A DNA stretch of 64,000 nucleotides from Candidatus Moraniibacteriota bacterium (GTDB lineage Bacteria; Patescibacteriota; Minisyncoccia; Moranbacterales; GCA-2747515), in the NCBI GenBank assembly GCA_023133275.1, contig JAGLWU010000021.1, forward strand, positions 1,341-65,340. The letters run 5' to 3'. Position 1 is the stretch's first letter; each line of letters starts with the position of its first letter. The position numbers and the translations under genes are program-made. Below, piece after piece: positions 51,214 to 61,254 of this stretch. The notes beneath the pieces were generated by a model. The model was not told the origin of the DNA and searched no databases. It was given only the letters and a program-made list of their open reading frames with translations.

Positions 51214-52515
51214 CTATAATTTATCTTTATAATTTTTTGACCAATACATAACGTCATTTGCATAATCCACACATACCTTACGAGAAAGACGTGACCCACA
51301 ATAATATTTTCGTGCTGCATCGTATTCTCCACTTTTACTTGTAGCTCCATCATTTGCTAATTTTATTGCCATCGCCATTACACCATCAGTAAGACTCCAA
51401 GGATCTGCTGGGGAATGACCTGTGTATTTTTCAATTTTTAATTCATACCCTTGCCATGTTGTTGGTATAAATTGAGCCACTCCCATTGCTCCCCCATAAT
51501 ATTTTCCCTCTACACCACAAGAAACTTTTTTTTCTTTTGATTTATAATCTAAATCAGACATAATTCTTTTAAAAACAGGTATATCATAAGAATGCATATT
51601 AGCTTTTTTATAAGTACATCCACCAGTATAACGTCCCAGATCTGTTTCCTGAATTAATTCACCAAAAAGAAAAGCTTTGCGAACACCTGTTTTTTTACTA
51701 GCTATTTCAACTGCCTCCACAATATCCCCCGCTTCAACTGACTCACCCAACAAACCAGAAAGATCTGATTCAACAGCCGCCAATTTTGCATTCAATTCTG
51801 AAATTGTAGCATTTTTAGAAATTATTTGAGCTTGCGTTTGATTTTTTTCAGACACTAAAGAATTTTCTTGTTGCTTTTGAGACAATAAAAGTGTCTCTTT
51901 CTCTTTTTTTACATCTTCAATAGATTCCTTTTTATCTTGTGTAACACGCTTCGTTTCATTTATTTCATCAACTAAATTTAAAACTTCATTCCTCAAATTA
52001 TCAAAACTATCAGAAGAACCTAAAAACTTAGAATTTCCTTCATTCTTAAAAGCTAAATAAACTGCCGATTCATTCTGTTGATAATAAAAATTTCTCAGCG
52101 CCGAAGCTAATGCCTCTTGATAAAGTTTATTTTTTTGATTAAGTAATTCAATTTGTTTGTTGTGTCGATTAATTTCGTGTTCTTTATTTTTAATTTCATC
52201 TTTGGTCTGTTCTAAAGATTGTTGAGTAGAATTTAAAGATTGTTGAACGATGTTTAAATCTTTTTGTAAGTTATTTTTTTGATTTTCTTCTTTTTCAATT
52301 TTATCTTCAATTTTATCTTTTTTTTCTTCAAGCTCTTCTTCTTTTTCTTCCTCCTCTTCTTTTTTCTTCTCAAGTTCTTCTTTTTGTTCTTCAGTCAATT
52401 CTGTTTCTTCGTCATCATTTCCAGCTAATGAAAAATGACTTACATTCAAAAAAGTGATTGAAAATATCAAAAGTAAAAATAAAATATATTTTGTTTTTTT
52501 GTTTAAGTTTTTCAT
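51214..52515 (-). CDS. Secreted coiled-coil protein with lytic transglycosylase domain
   Basis: Signal peptide, long coiled coil, QET, GAMGVAQFIPTTW, DPW. Confidence 0.85.
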   Translation of the reverse strand: MKNLNKKTKYILFLLLIFSITFLNVSHFSLAGNDDEETELTEEQKEELEKKKEEEEEKEEELEEKKDKIEDKIEKEENQKNNLQKDLNIVQQSLNSTQQSLEQTKDEIKNKEHEINRHNKQIELLNQKNKLYQEALASALRNFYYQQNESAVYLAFKNEGNSKFLGSSDSFDNLRNEVLNLVDEINETKRVTQDKKESIEDVKKEKETLLLSQKQQENSLVSEKNQTQAQIISKNATISELNAKLAAVESDLSGLLGESVEAGDIVEAVEIASKKTGVRKAFLFGELIQETDLGRYTGGCTYKKANMHSYDIPVFKRIMSDLDYKSKEKKVSCGVEGKYYGGAMGVAQFIPTTWQGYELKIEKYTGHSPADPWSLTDGVMAMAIKLANDGATSKSGEYDAARKYYCGSRLSRKVCVDYANDVMYWSKNYKDKL

Positions 52516-52581
52516 TGATAAAAAAATTTTAATATTCTTAACTAAGTTCTATAATAACATGAATTTTAAATGAAAAAAAGC

Positions 52582-52610
52582 TTGACATAATAATAATAAT
52601 AATATAAAAT
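52582..52610 (+). promoter_or_regulatory. (TAA)n-spacer promoter copy 3, n=5, canonical 17-bp spacer
   Basis: TTGACA-(TAA)5-TA-TAAAAT. Confidence 0.8.
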
Positions 52611-52722
52611 GAAATATTACGATTTCTTAAATTAGCGATCGTAAATAGTTTCTTAAAAATAAGAAATAAAGTTTTTCAACGATTGATTTATTTTTCATAA
52701 ACAAATTCAATAGGAGTAAAAG

Positions 52723-53001
52723 ATGAGTGAAATAAAAAGAGTACTCGGAAATCCAGACATTATTTTCAGAAAAATGATAAAAGAAAAAGGACATGAGAGG
52801 CTTATAAAACTCGCCATTGTAACTTGGTGTCCTAATGAAGCTGCAAAACCAGTAGAATTTCAATACCAAATTGTAGGTGTCGCCGATGAAGAAAGAAATA
52901 GCATCTCTCTTAAAGGACGACTTGTTGATAATTATGATTTGGCAGAACATCAAGGAACCAAAGCCTTTAAGGCAATAGAATTAGCTCTGATCAATTCATA
53001 A
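52723..53001 (+). CDS. ORFan, 92 aa, behind promoter copy 3
   Basis: AGGAG SD; downstream hairpins at 53021-53047 and 53094-53126. Confidence 0.7.
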   Translation: MSEIKRVLGNPDIIFRKMIKEKGHERLIKLAIVTWCPNEAAKPVEFQYQIVGVADEERNSISLKGRLVDNYDLAEHQGTKAFKAIELALINS

Positions 53002-53093
53002 TGTGATTTGATTAGATTGAGAAGTCAGACCTCAAAAATCTGACTTCAGTAATTAAGCATTTCAAATTAATTTTTGGAATATTTATAGCTAAT

Positions 53094-53126
53094 AAAAAAC
53101 CACCAAATTTACTCGGTGGTTTTTTA
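53094..53126. terminator. Bidirectional intrinsic terminator
   Basis: AAAAACCACC-10 nt-GGTGGTTTTT between convergent genes. Confidence 0.8.
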
Positions 53127-53150
53127 TTTTTAAGAAGTTTTCAAAAAAGA

Positions 53151-53828
53151 TTATTTTTTCTCTTCTTTCTTTTCACCATTTTCATCTCCCTCAGGCACAT
53201 CTTCCGCAGCACCCTCAACTTTAGAAACATCAGCATCAACTTCCTCATCAAGAGATTCCATTTCAGCATCCGTTCGAGGCGGAGTTACCGAAGCAATCGT
53301 ATTTTTCTCATCAAGTAATAATTTAACTTTATCACCAACTTTAATATCACTAACAACAATATGATCTTCAAAATCAACAATTTTACTCAAATCAACCTCA
53401 ATTTCACTCGGCAAATCATCTGGCAAAGCCTCAACAACAACATGATCAAAACTCTTCACCAAAGTTCCACCTTTTTCCTTAACTGCTGGAGACTCCCCAA
53501 CAAAAACCAAAGGCACTTCAGCTTCTGTAGCTTCATTCATATTCACCTGAAGAAAATCAACATGCCTAATTTCATCAGAAACTGGTTCAGCCTGAAAATC
53601 ATGAATTAAAACATTCAACGCTTTTTCTTTACCAATTTTAAGTTCTACCACCGTATTTTTACCAGCTTCACCGAAAACTTGTATAAAATCATTTTTATCA
53701 ACCCAAACAACATTAGATTCCATTCCGACACCATAAACAATTGCAGGAATACGCTCTCCTACTAATTTACGCATAGGTCTTCCTGTTTCCTCACGTTTTT
53801 CTGCATTAAGCACTATTTTTTTACTCAT
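53151..53828 (-). CDS. rplY: 50S ribosomal protein L25/Ctc
   Basis: IPAIVYG, HVDF, GESPAVK.KGG, acidic tail. Confidence 0.95.
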   Translation of the reverse strand: MSKKIVLNAEKREETGRPMRKLVGERIPAIVYGVGMESNVVWVDKNDFIQVFGEAGKNTVVELKIGKEKALNVLIHDFQAEPVSDEIRHVDFLQVNMNEATEAEVPLVFVGESPAVKEKGGTLVKSFDHVVVEALPDDLPSEIEVDLSKIVDFEDHIVVSDIKVGDKVKLLLDEKNTIASVTPPRTDAEMESLDEEVDADVSKVEGAAEDVPEGDENGEKKEEKK

Positions 53829-53877
53829 AATATTTTTTTAAAAAATTTACAACTGATTATTTATTCTACTTATTTTA

Positions 53878-54210
53878 TTATTTTAAATTACAAATATCGC
53901 CAGTAGCCCCGCTAAAATCATTAAGATATTCATACATATCGATAATGTCGTCATCTGACACAGGAGTAGCTCCAAAAAAGTTTTTTGCTTCTCTGGCATT
54001 GACATCGGTTAAAACACCCATGGTTATGATCCCCATTTCATTTTGGGTGATAAAAAATACTATGGACGCTAGACATTTTTCACACGACACATAAATAGCT
54101 GTACGAGTTTTGTCTCTGCCGACTGGTTCGTAAGTTAAATTGTCTCGTTGTGATCCGCACACGGGACATTTTTTTGGTATTATGCGATCGTATTCTCGTG
54201 AAATATTCAT
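53878..54210 (-). CDS. Hypothetical Zn-binding protein
   Basis: CPVC...CEKC, G.LTD, VSDDDI. Confidence 0.7.
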   Translation of the reverse strand: MNISREYDRIIPKKCPVCGSQRDNLTYEPVGRDKTRTAIYVSCEKCLASIVFFITQNEMGIITMGVLTDVNAREAKNFFGATPVSDDDIIDMYEYLNDFSGATGDICNLK

Positions 54211-54282
54211 AAGATTATTTTAATATATTTACAGAAAAAAAGCAAATTGGAAACTAAAGAATTACGATTTAAGATTTATGAA

Positions 54283-54694
54283 TTATTTACTATTTTCATC
54301 ATTTTTTATTTTTGACTGCAAAATTTTAAAAACTTTTTTATTATAAAACAAACCTGGAAGAACAGTTAAAACACTCTCCGAATTTTCATCAGTGTATTTA
54401 ATCTTAATTCCAAAATGTGGAAGCTTATTTCTAGAAATATCTTTTATATCCTCGTACTTCAAAATTAAATTTTTAAAAGAAGATTTAATAATAATAAAAT
54501 CATCATAAATCGACAATTCTGCAAAAGAATCTTGAACCGAAGCCCAATTTCCAAAAATACAATTAACCCTATCCTTAAATAATGGTATTTTACCTTCTTC
54601 TATTTCTAAAAGTTTTTTTCTTCTAGAAATAAATTTATAAATAAAAAAATACTCCTATAATAACTAAAGATAATAATTCAAATAAAATTTCCAT
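54283..54694 (-). pseudogene. Small membrane protein frameshifted in a homopolymer
   Basis: ATG 54694 (MEILFELLSLVIIGVFF) joins ORF 54283..54516 if one base is removed from the A7 run at 54643-54649. Confidence 0.6.
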
Positions 54695-54712
54695 AAATAT
54701 CATTTTTAAAAT

Positions 54713-55798
54713 TTATTCCTCAATCTCCCGCAACTTCTCAATCAATTTCTTTTCCTTTCGAGAAAGTTTAGTCGGCACATCAACAATAACCTTAACCAAA
54801 TGATCACCTCGCCCAAACCCACGCAACTTCGGCACACCCTTCGAACGAATACGGTAAATCTCACCAGATTGAGTCCCTGCCGGCACTTTCATCTTCACCG
54901 AACCCTCAACCGTCTCCACATCAATCTTATCCCCCAAAGCTGCCTGAGCAAAACTCACATGAACCGTACTATTAATATCATCACCATCCCGTTCAAACCT
55001 CTCATCTCGAACAACAGAAATCGTAACCAATAAATCACCCGCAGGAGCACCATTTTCACCCGCCTCACCCTTACCGCCAACCGCCAATGTTTGACCAGAA
55101 TTAATCCCGGCTGGCACTTCTATTTTTTCAGCAACTTCTTCCTTATGTCGACCATCACCACCACACTGACTACATTTTTTATCAAAAGTTTTTCCTTTGC
55201 CTTTACAATCATGACACACAACATTTTGAGCAAAATTTCCCAACATTGTTCGCATCATTTTTTTAATTTTTCCACTACCTTTACAAGTTTTACAATTTTC
55301 TTCTTTACTCCCAACCTCACCACCATTCCCGCCACATTTTTTACAAACAATTGCCTTATAAAGTTTAATTTCTTTCTGAACACCAGAAATCATTTCCGCA
55401 AAAGTAATCTCCACCTCAACCTGAATATCTCGTCCTCGCGACTGTCTCCCACCGCTTCCACCACCACCGAAAATATCTGAGAAAATATCACCAAACCCCT
55501 CTCCGCCACCAAAATTAAATTCAAAACCACCATCTTGACCTCTAAATTGATTAGGATCAAAACCGCCACCCTGACCACCACCAGCACCGTTGAAAGTTTG
55601 ACCGAACTGATCATATTGCGATCTTTTTTGCTTGTCCGACAAAACTTGATATGCTGAATTAATTTCCTTAAATTTAGCCTCATCACCGCCCTTTTTGTCA
55701 GGATGATGTTTATGAGCCAATTTCCGATACGCCTTTTTAATTTCATCATCAGACGCTCCCCGATCAACTCCTAAAATTTTATAATAATCTTCTGCCAT
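54713..55798 (-). CDS. dnaJ: Chaperone DnaJ
   Basis: HPD J-domain, G/F region, four CxxCxGxG; start placed at MAEDYY. Confidence 0.97.
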   Translation of the reverse strand: MAEDYYKILGVDRGASDDEIKKAYRKLAHKHHPDKKGGDEAKFKEINSAYQVLSDKQKRSQYDQFGQTFNGAGGGQGGGFDPNQFRGQDGGFEFNFGGGEGFGDIFSDIFGGGGSGGRQSRGRDIQVEVEITFAEMISGVQKEIKLYKAIVCKKCGGNGGEVGSKEENCKTCKGSGKIKKMMRTMLGNFAQNVVCHDCKGKGKTFDKKCSQCGGDGRHKEEVAEKIEVPAGINSGQTLAVGGKGEAGENGAPAGDLLVTISVVRDERFERDGDDINSTVHVSFAQAALGDKIDVETVEGSVKMKVPAGTQSGEIYRIRSKGVPKLRGFGRGDHLVKVIVDVPTKLSRKEKKLIEKLREIEE

Positions 55799-55828
55799 AT
55801 TGTTTATTTTAAAGTTTAAAAAATAATT

Positions 55829-55961
55829 GTGCTCGCCGCACGGGCTTTTCTGAAACAATGGATCATGACCCCTTGTTGAAATTCTAAAAATTTTCTGTCA
55901 TTTTTACTGTCATTCTGAACGGAATAATTTTTATAAAATAAAAATTATGTAGTGAAAAATC
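55829..55961 (+). repeat. Composite repeat A+B+C left arm
   Basis: A 55829, B 55854, TGTCATTCTGAACG 55908. Confidence 0.85.
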
Positions 55962-56089
55962 CCCCACAGAACACCACGAAACATTCACTTTCCTCTTCAC
56001 AAGTTTACTACCAATCTATCATAAATAAAAAAAATTAGCAATCTCTATGTTCGAGTGCCAATTTATAGTCTATTTAAAAAATCAAAAAA

Positions 56090-56110
56090 GTGCTCGCCAC
56101 AGAAACTTTT
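56090..56110 (+). repeat. Degenerate family-A repeat
   Basis: GTGCTCGCCACAGAAACTTTT. Confidence 0.55.
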
Positions 56111-56167
56111 GAAAATACAAGTCAATTTCATGATTTCAAAATATTTAAAAATTATATCTTCCTAATT

Positions 56168-57127
56168 TTAATTTTTAACATCCAAATAAGCCCTCCTAAC
56201 CGCCAAATTAATTTTTGTCGGTCGAAATTTAACATCCAAATAATTCTTAAGCTTTCGCAAAAATAAATAAATATTCAAATAAATTTTCCAAAAACCCTTA
56301 CCGTGTTTACGAAAAAATAAAATACCTGATAAAACTAACCAATAAATTTTCTGCGACTGATTTTCCTCGCTTTGCTCTTGATGATAAACTTTTGCACTCG
56401 GAACAATCAAATTTTTCAATTCAGCTTTTTTCACTCGCAAAGATAAATCTGCATCCTCATAATAAAGAAAAAAAAATTCATCAAATAATCCAACTTTCTC
56501 AAAAACTTTTTTACTAATCAACATCGCACAACCTGTTACATATTCTGTTTCTTCTACATCTGTGTAGGGAACGGTTTGAAACCGTTCCCTACCAAACACG
56601 ACTTGAAACCATTTCCTACCAAACAATGATATACAATCAAAATGTTCCGCCCTCATTTTCCACCAATTTATTTTTCCACCACAGAACCAAATATTTTTAT
56701 ATTTTAAATCTGAATAAATCACAGGACTTACTAATCCAATTTCACTTTCATCTTTAATAGAATCAATCAATTTTGAAATTGTGTTTTTTCGCACCAATGC
56801 ATCATTGTTCAAAAGAAAAACATAATCTGCGCTATTTTCAAAAGCAAATTTTATACCAACATTATTTCCCGCTCCGAATCCGAGATTTTTTTTGTTTTTA
56901 ATAAAATAAATTTTTGAAAAGTTTTTTTCACTTGAACAATGGGTTGCAACCCATTGTTCAGCTAGATTTAAAGAATTGTCAGTAGAATTATTATCCACTA
57001 AAATTATTTCTAAATTTTGATAATTTGAATCAACTACACTTTTAATAGTTTTTAGTAAATCTGTTCCGCCATTGTAATTTAGAATTATGACAAATATTTT
57101 TGGTTTTTTTGGAATTGTACTTGACAT
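56168..57127 (-). CDS. GT2 glycosyltransferase with two in-frame palindrome insertions
   Basis: ILNYNG, VDNNSTD, GFGAGNN, LNND, YYED. Confidence 0.9.
   Translation of the reverse strand: MSSTIPKKPKIFVIILNYNGGTDLLKTIKSVVDSNYQNLEIILVDNNSTDNSLNLAEQWVATHCSSEKNFSKIYFIKNKKNLGFGAGNNVGIKFAFENSADYVFLLNNDALVRKNTISKLIDSIKDESEIGLVSPVIYSDLKYKNIWFCGGKINWWKMRAEHFDCISLFGRKWFQVVFGRERFQTVPYTDVEETEYVTGCAMLISKKVFEKVGLFDEFFFLYYEDADLSLRVKKAELKNLIVPSAKVYHQEQSEENQSQKIYWLVLSGILFFRKHGKGFWKIYLNIYLFLRKLKNYLDVKFRPTKINLAVRRAYLDVKN
56564..56625. repeat. GTAG-type REP palindrome plus a partial copy inside a CDS
   Basis: GTAGGGAACGGTTT-G-AAACCGTTCCCTAC, then TTGAAACCATTTCCTACCAAACA. Confidence 0.85.
56933..56960. repeat. 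Family-B perfect 28-bp palindrome inside a CDS
   Basis: TGAACAATGGGTTGCAACCCATTGTTCA. Confidence 0.85.
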
Positions 57128-57146
57128 AATAATAATAATTTAAACT
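57121..57146 (+). promoter_or_regulatory. (TAA)n-spacer promoter copy 4, n=4, 14-bp spacer; overlaps the GT2 start codon
   Basis: TTGACA-(TAA)4-TT-TAAACT. Confidence 0.7.
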
Positions 57147-57197
57147 TACTTATTGGTGATAAACTGAACATTAACAAAAACATTAACGGAGGTCATC

Positions 57198-57596
57198 ATG
57201 TCATCTGATTATCCAGAAATTAATCATAATCTCGGAGAAAACGGCTACGTCATCTACGGAGAAACATACTCCTCTTTCATTAAATATGAATATCAGCTAA
57301 TACTAGGTATGATATTTACTTGCTTTGTAAGAGAGGGTTCATGGTCATTGAAGGTGAAATGGTCAGATAAAATTATAGAACCTGGCCACATCTTAAATAC
57401 CACAGAAATCCCATTTATTGATGTATTATTTGATTATCCAGTTATTAATGATTTTCTTGGATCCCAACCTTATGTGCTTCATTGTTTTAAAAGTTATGGA
57501 TACAAAAAAATACTCAAAGAGATGGATAAATATCGATTGATCTCATATACTAACAAACCAACAATTATGACTATATATATATATCTCCTCACGTAG
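57198..57596 (+). CDS. ORFan, 132 aa, behind promoter copy 4
   Basis: GGAGGT SD. Confidence 0.7.
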   Translation: MSSDYPEINHNLGENGYVIYGETYSSFIKYEYQLILGMIFTCFVREGSWSLKVKWSDKIIEPGHILNTTEIPFIDVLFDYPVINDFLGSQPYVLHCFKSYGYKKILKEMDKYRLISYTNKPTIMTIYIYLLT

Positions 57597-57741
57597 CCCG
57601 ACTCTATTTTGAGAATTTCTTCAAAAGACCTGTAGATAAGAATCTCATTTTGGAACCTATCAGAGTCTAAACCTGCACAATGTTCACGCCACCAACAAAA
57701 ACAGGTCTTGCAAAATCATGCGGAACCCGTTTTTAAATTTC

Positions 57742-58116
57742 CTAACTCTTAATCCCCAACCTCTTTTTCGCAATTTTATATTGTTTAGAATTCAACTGAC
57801 CTGCCTCACGCATTTCCTCGATTTGCTTCAACATTTTTTCCTTGTCTTCCCCACCTTTCTGACCCATCTTCCCAAACGCCTGAGCAAAAACTTCTTTCCG
57901 TTTTTCAGGACTCATTTTTTTCAAACCTTTAATTGCCATTTTTTGCATCATTCCCAATTTTGGCATTCCAGGCATTTCTCCTGCCAAAATCTGATCAATC
58001 ATTTCATCTGAAATTTCTGGAAGTTGTCCTCCCATAAAATCTTCTGCCTGTTTTTTAACCTGCACTGGATCAATATTTTGATCTTTTTTCTTCTTAAACA
58101 AATCTGTTATTCCCAT
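57742..58116 (-). CDS. Hypothetical Met/Lys-rich helical protein
   Basis: Co-oriented ORF just downstream of secDF. Confidence 0.7.
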   Translation of the reverse strand: MGITDLFKKKKDQNIDPVQVKKQAEDFMGGQLPEISDEMIDQILAGEMPGMPKLGMMQKMAIKGLKKMSPEKRKEVFAQAFGKMGQKGGEDKEKMLKQIEEMREAGQLNSKQYKIAKKRLGIKS

Positions 58117-58148
58117 ATTTTTAATGTTAAATTATTAATTCTTAGTTA

Positions 58149-60770
58149 CTATTTCTTATCTTTCTTATATCTAAAAATGCTAGCAATAAAAGCTGTTGCC
58201 ACGAACATTGATGAATAAGTCCCTGCAATCACACCAACTAACATTGCAATCGCAAAACTCTGCAATGACTCACCACCGAACAAAATAACTGATACCAACA
58301 CAACAACCACCGTAAGCGAAGTATTCATTGATCTCGCCAAAGATTCATTCAACGAACGATTCAACAACTTCTCAAATTTTCCAGTCTCTCGTGTACGAAT
58401 AACATTTTCCCGAATACGATCATAAACCACAATCGTATCATTCACAGAATAACCTAAAATTGTCAGCAAAGCCGCAACAAATGGAATTCCAATTTCAATA
58501 TTGTAAAAATAACCCAAAAATGCAAATACTCCCAACACAATAATTATATCATGAGTCAACGCCAATACCGCTCCAATACCATAATTCCAAGATGAAACAG
58601 GAAAAGAAACTTTACGAAAAGCTATAGCAATGTAAATCAGAATAGCTATCACCGAAAGAATAATCGCTTTGAACGCCCCGCTTTTTAATTGTTCAGAAAT
58701 AGTCGCTCCGATAAAATCAGTTCGTAATTGCTCAGCCTGAGGATCGATTTCTCTCACTGCCGTTAAAACTCTTTGATTAAATTCTTCACTCGCTTGTTTG
58801 TATCGAATAATAATGTGATTATTATCACTCTCTTGCAAAGTAAAACTTTCATTGCAACCATCTTCACCTATGATTTGACAAACTTTTTCCGTATCTGGCA
58901 TTCCAATACCATCTGAAATTTTAAACTCAGTCAAAGTTCCACCAACAAAATCAATTCCTAATTTTAAGCCGAAATTTGAAAGTGCAAAAATACTTATTCC
59001 AATCAAACCAGCTGAAAAAATGTAAGTAAACTTTCTCTTATTAATAATTTGCAAAAACTTTTTTTCTTTAGCATTTTCAATTTCAACCTTTTTCTTAAAA
59101 CCAAAAATTAACCAAGTATTATTTTCTAACCAATCTCGAGAAATAAATTTAACAATAATTTTCACTAAAACAATCGCCGTGAACATTGAAATCAACACAC
59201 CAATAATCAAAATTAAAGCAAAGCCTTTCACAAAACCAGCGCCGATCATCATCAAGATGAAAGATGTAATAATCGTAGAATAATTACCATCACGAATAGA
59301 TGACCACGCACGTTCAAAACCTTCGTTCACTGAATATTTCAAAGATTTTCCTTTTTTCAATTCTTCCTTGATTCTTTCAAAAATGAGAATATTTGCATCC
59401 ACCGCCATACCAACGGATAAAATAAGTCCCGCAATTCCTGCTAAAGTTAAAGTAATTGCCATTCCTTGAGGCATCGTTCCTGAAATTTTAAAAATTGAAA
59501 CAATGGTCGTTGCATAAATCATCAAAGCTACTGCCGCCACAACACCAAATACTCGATAATAAAAAATCATGTAAATCATCGTCAAAATCAAACCGATCAA
59601 TCCAGCTTTCAGTCCCATAGCCAAGGATTCCATTCCCAATGATGCTCCAATACTCTGCTGTGAAACTAATTTAATTGGCACTGGCAATGCACCCTCATTC
59701 ATTCTTTTCACTAAATTTTTTGCCTCTTCAACCGTAAAATTTCCACTAATCACCGCTTGACCTGTTGTAATTTCATCGTTGACAACTGGTGCACTTATTA
59801 CTTCATTATCAAGAAAAATAGCTACCGTTTTTTCTAAATTTCGTTTTGTAATTTCTGCAAAAAGTTTTGTACCCTCATCATTAAATTCTAAACTAACACT
59901 TGGAGTACCTAATCCAACTCCGCCACCAGAAAAACTAACATCCGCTCGCTCCAAGTGTTTTCCATCCAAATCAGTCGCTTTATATTTTTCTGGAACTTTT
60001 TTAAAAAAATCTAAAGAATATAAAATTTTTGCTTTAATTTTTTTTTCTTCTCCCTCACCTTGAGTCTCTAATTTCTTAACAAGCAAATAACTTTCGTCTG
60101 TTTCAAGTATTCCATTGTACACAGAACCATTATTTAAATCATCTGAAAAAATAACATCATCAATAGAACTTGATAATTGTCCTTTTTCAAAAAATTGCAA
60201 ATCCTCATCAGAAATATTTAAACCAATCTTTGTATTTTCTTCATTGTAAATATCATCAAAATTCTCACCATTATTAATTCTATCCAAAACTGCTTGAGCA
60301 TTCTTTTTTACAAATTGCTCATTCACAGAAACATAAATTTTCTTTTCTTCCTCCAATTCTTCCTCAGTTTTTTCCTCTCTAAATTGTAAAAATGGAGTTT
60401 TATCAATCACATTTTTCACATCTGCAACATCCTCCGCTCCAGGAAATTCTACAATAAGAAAATTCTGATCACCACGTTTTGCATGCTGAACAACTGGCTC
60501 ACCAACACCATAAGCATTTACTCGCCGCTCAACAACCGCTTGCACAGAATCAATCGCTTCACCTTTTTTATCATCAGGAACTTGCGACAAATCCATTTCA
60601 TATTCAAGGTGTAATCCTCCCTGTAAATCAAGTCCCAAATTAATTTGAAATTTATCTAAACTCTCTTGAGCTTTCGCGGGTAAGTATGGTATTTTCGGCA
60701 CTGCAATTCCGCCCACCAATATTGCGAAAAGTACCACTAAAATAAACTTTTGTCTAATTTTCTTATTCAT
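58149..60770 (-). CDS. secDF: Fused SecDF translocase subunit with parvulin-like insert
   Basis: LGLDLQGG, GMAVDANILIFERIKEE, GIDFVGG, GYSVNDTIVVYDRIRE. Confidence 0.95.
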   Translation of the reverse strand: MNKKIRQKFILVVLFAILVGGIAVPKIPYLPAKAQESLDKFQINLGLDLQGGLHLEYEMDLSQVPDDKKGEAIDSVQAVVERRVNAYGVGEPVVQHAKRGDQNFLIVEFPGAEDVADVKNVIDKTPFLQFREEKTEEELEEEKKIYVSVNEQFVKKNAQAVLDRINNGENFDDIYNEENTKIGLNISDEDLQFFEKGQLSSSIDDVIFSDDLNNGSVYNGILETDESYLLVKKLETQGEGEEKKIKAKILYSLDFFKKVPEKYKATDLDGKHLERADVSFSGGGVGLGTPSVSLEFNDEGTKLFAEITKRNLEKTVAIFLDNEVISAPVVNDEITTGQAVISGNFTVEEAKNLVKRMNEGALPVPIKLVSQQSIGASLGMESLAMGLKAGLIGLILTMIYMIFYYRVFGVVAAVALMIYATTIVSIFKISGTMPQGMAITLTLAGIAGLILSVGMAVDANILIFERIKEELKKGKSLKYSVNEGFERAWSSIRDGNYSTIITSFILMMIGAGFVKGFALILIIGVLISMFTAIVLVKIIVKFISRDWLENNTWLIFGFKKKVEIENAKEKKFLQIINKRKFTYIFSAGLIGISIFALSNFGLKLGIDFVGGTLTEFKISDGIGMPDTEKVCQIIGEDGCNESFTLQESDNNHIIIRYKQASEEFNQRVLTAVREIDPQAEQLRTDFIGATISEQLKSGAFKAIILSVIAILIYIAIAFRKVSFPVSSWNYGIGAVLALTHDIIIVLGVFAFLGYFYNIEIGIPFVAALLTILGYSVNDTIVVYDRIRENVIRTRETGKFEKLLNRSLNESLARSMNTSLTVVVVLVSVILFGGESLQSFAIAMLVGVIAGTYSSMFVATAFIASIFRYKKDKK

Positions 60771-60954
60771 ATTGTTTGTAATTTATTAAATTTCTTTGAA
60801 AAAAATTCTGCTTTATCATAAAACATTTTCGCAAACTATCTTTTGTAATTTTAACTAAGATGAATTTAAAAATATTTATCACACGATAAAAACAAAACTC
60901 GATAATTTCAAGCTTTTTTTATTCTACTATAAAAACTTAAGATTGTCATATTTT

Positions 60955-61247
60955 GTGCTCGCCGCACGGGCTTTTCAACAAAAGGTCATGGTCCCTTGTT
61001 GAAATTCTAAAACATTTTTGTTATCAAAATTTTAGGTTTGCCACTGGCAAACCCCTACAATTTTTTATCATTTAAGTTTCTTGTCATTCTAAACGGATTT
61101 ATTTTTTCTTTAGAAAAAATAAAGGAATGAAGATTCCCTCACGAAAAATCATTAAACTTTAAATTTACTAAAAGTATCAGAAAAACTTATCTAGATTCTT
61201 CACTTCATAAATTTTTTTACAAAAAATTTATTTCGTTCAGAATGACA
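60955..61247 (+). repeat. Composite repeat A+B+GTAG palindrome+complete family-C element
   Basis: A 60955, B 60977, GGTTTGCCACTGGCAAACCCCTAC 61035, TGTCATTCTAAACG (61082)...CGTTCAGAATGACA (61247). Confidence 0.88.
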
Positions 61248-61254
61248 GGAAATT

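Noticed and set aside
55799-55858. N-terminal extension of DnaJ ([11 protein letters not shown]...)
   Set aside because: It is the translation of repeat A; the J-domain begins at MAEDYY (55798).
26749-61247. Repeats as a CRISPR array or integron attC sites
   Set aside because: Copies are dispersed with no regular spacer period; no cas or integrase gene; no RYYYAAC/GTTRRRY cassette geometry recognised.
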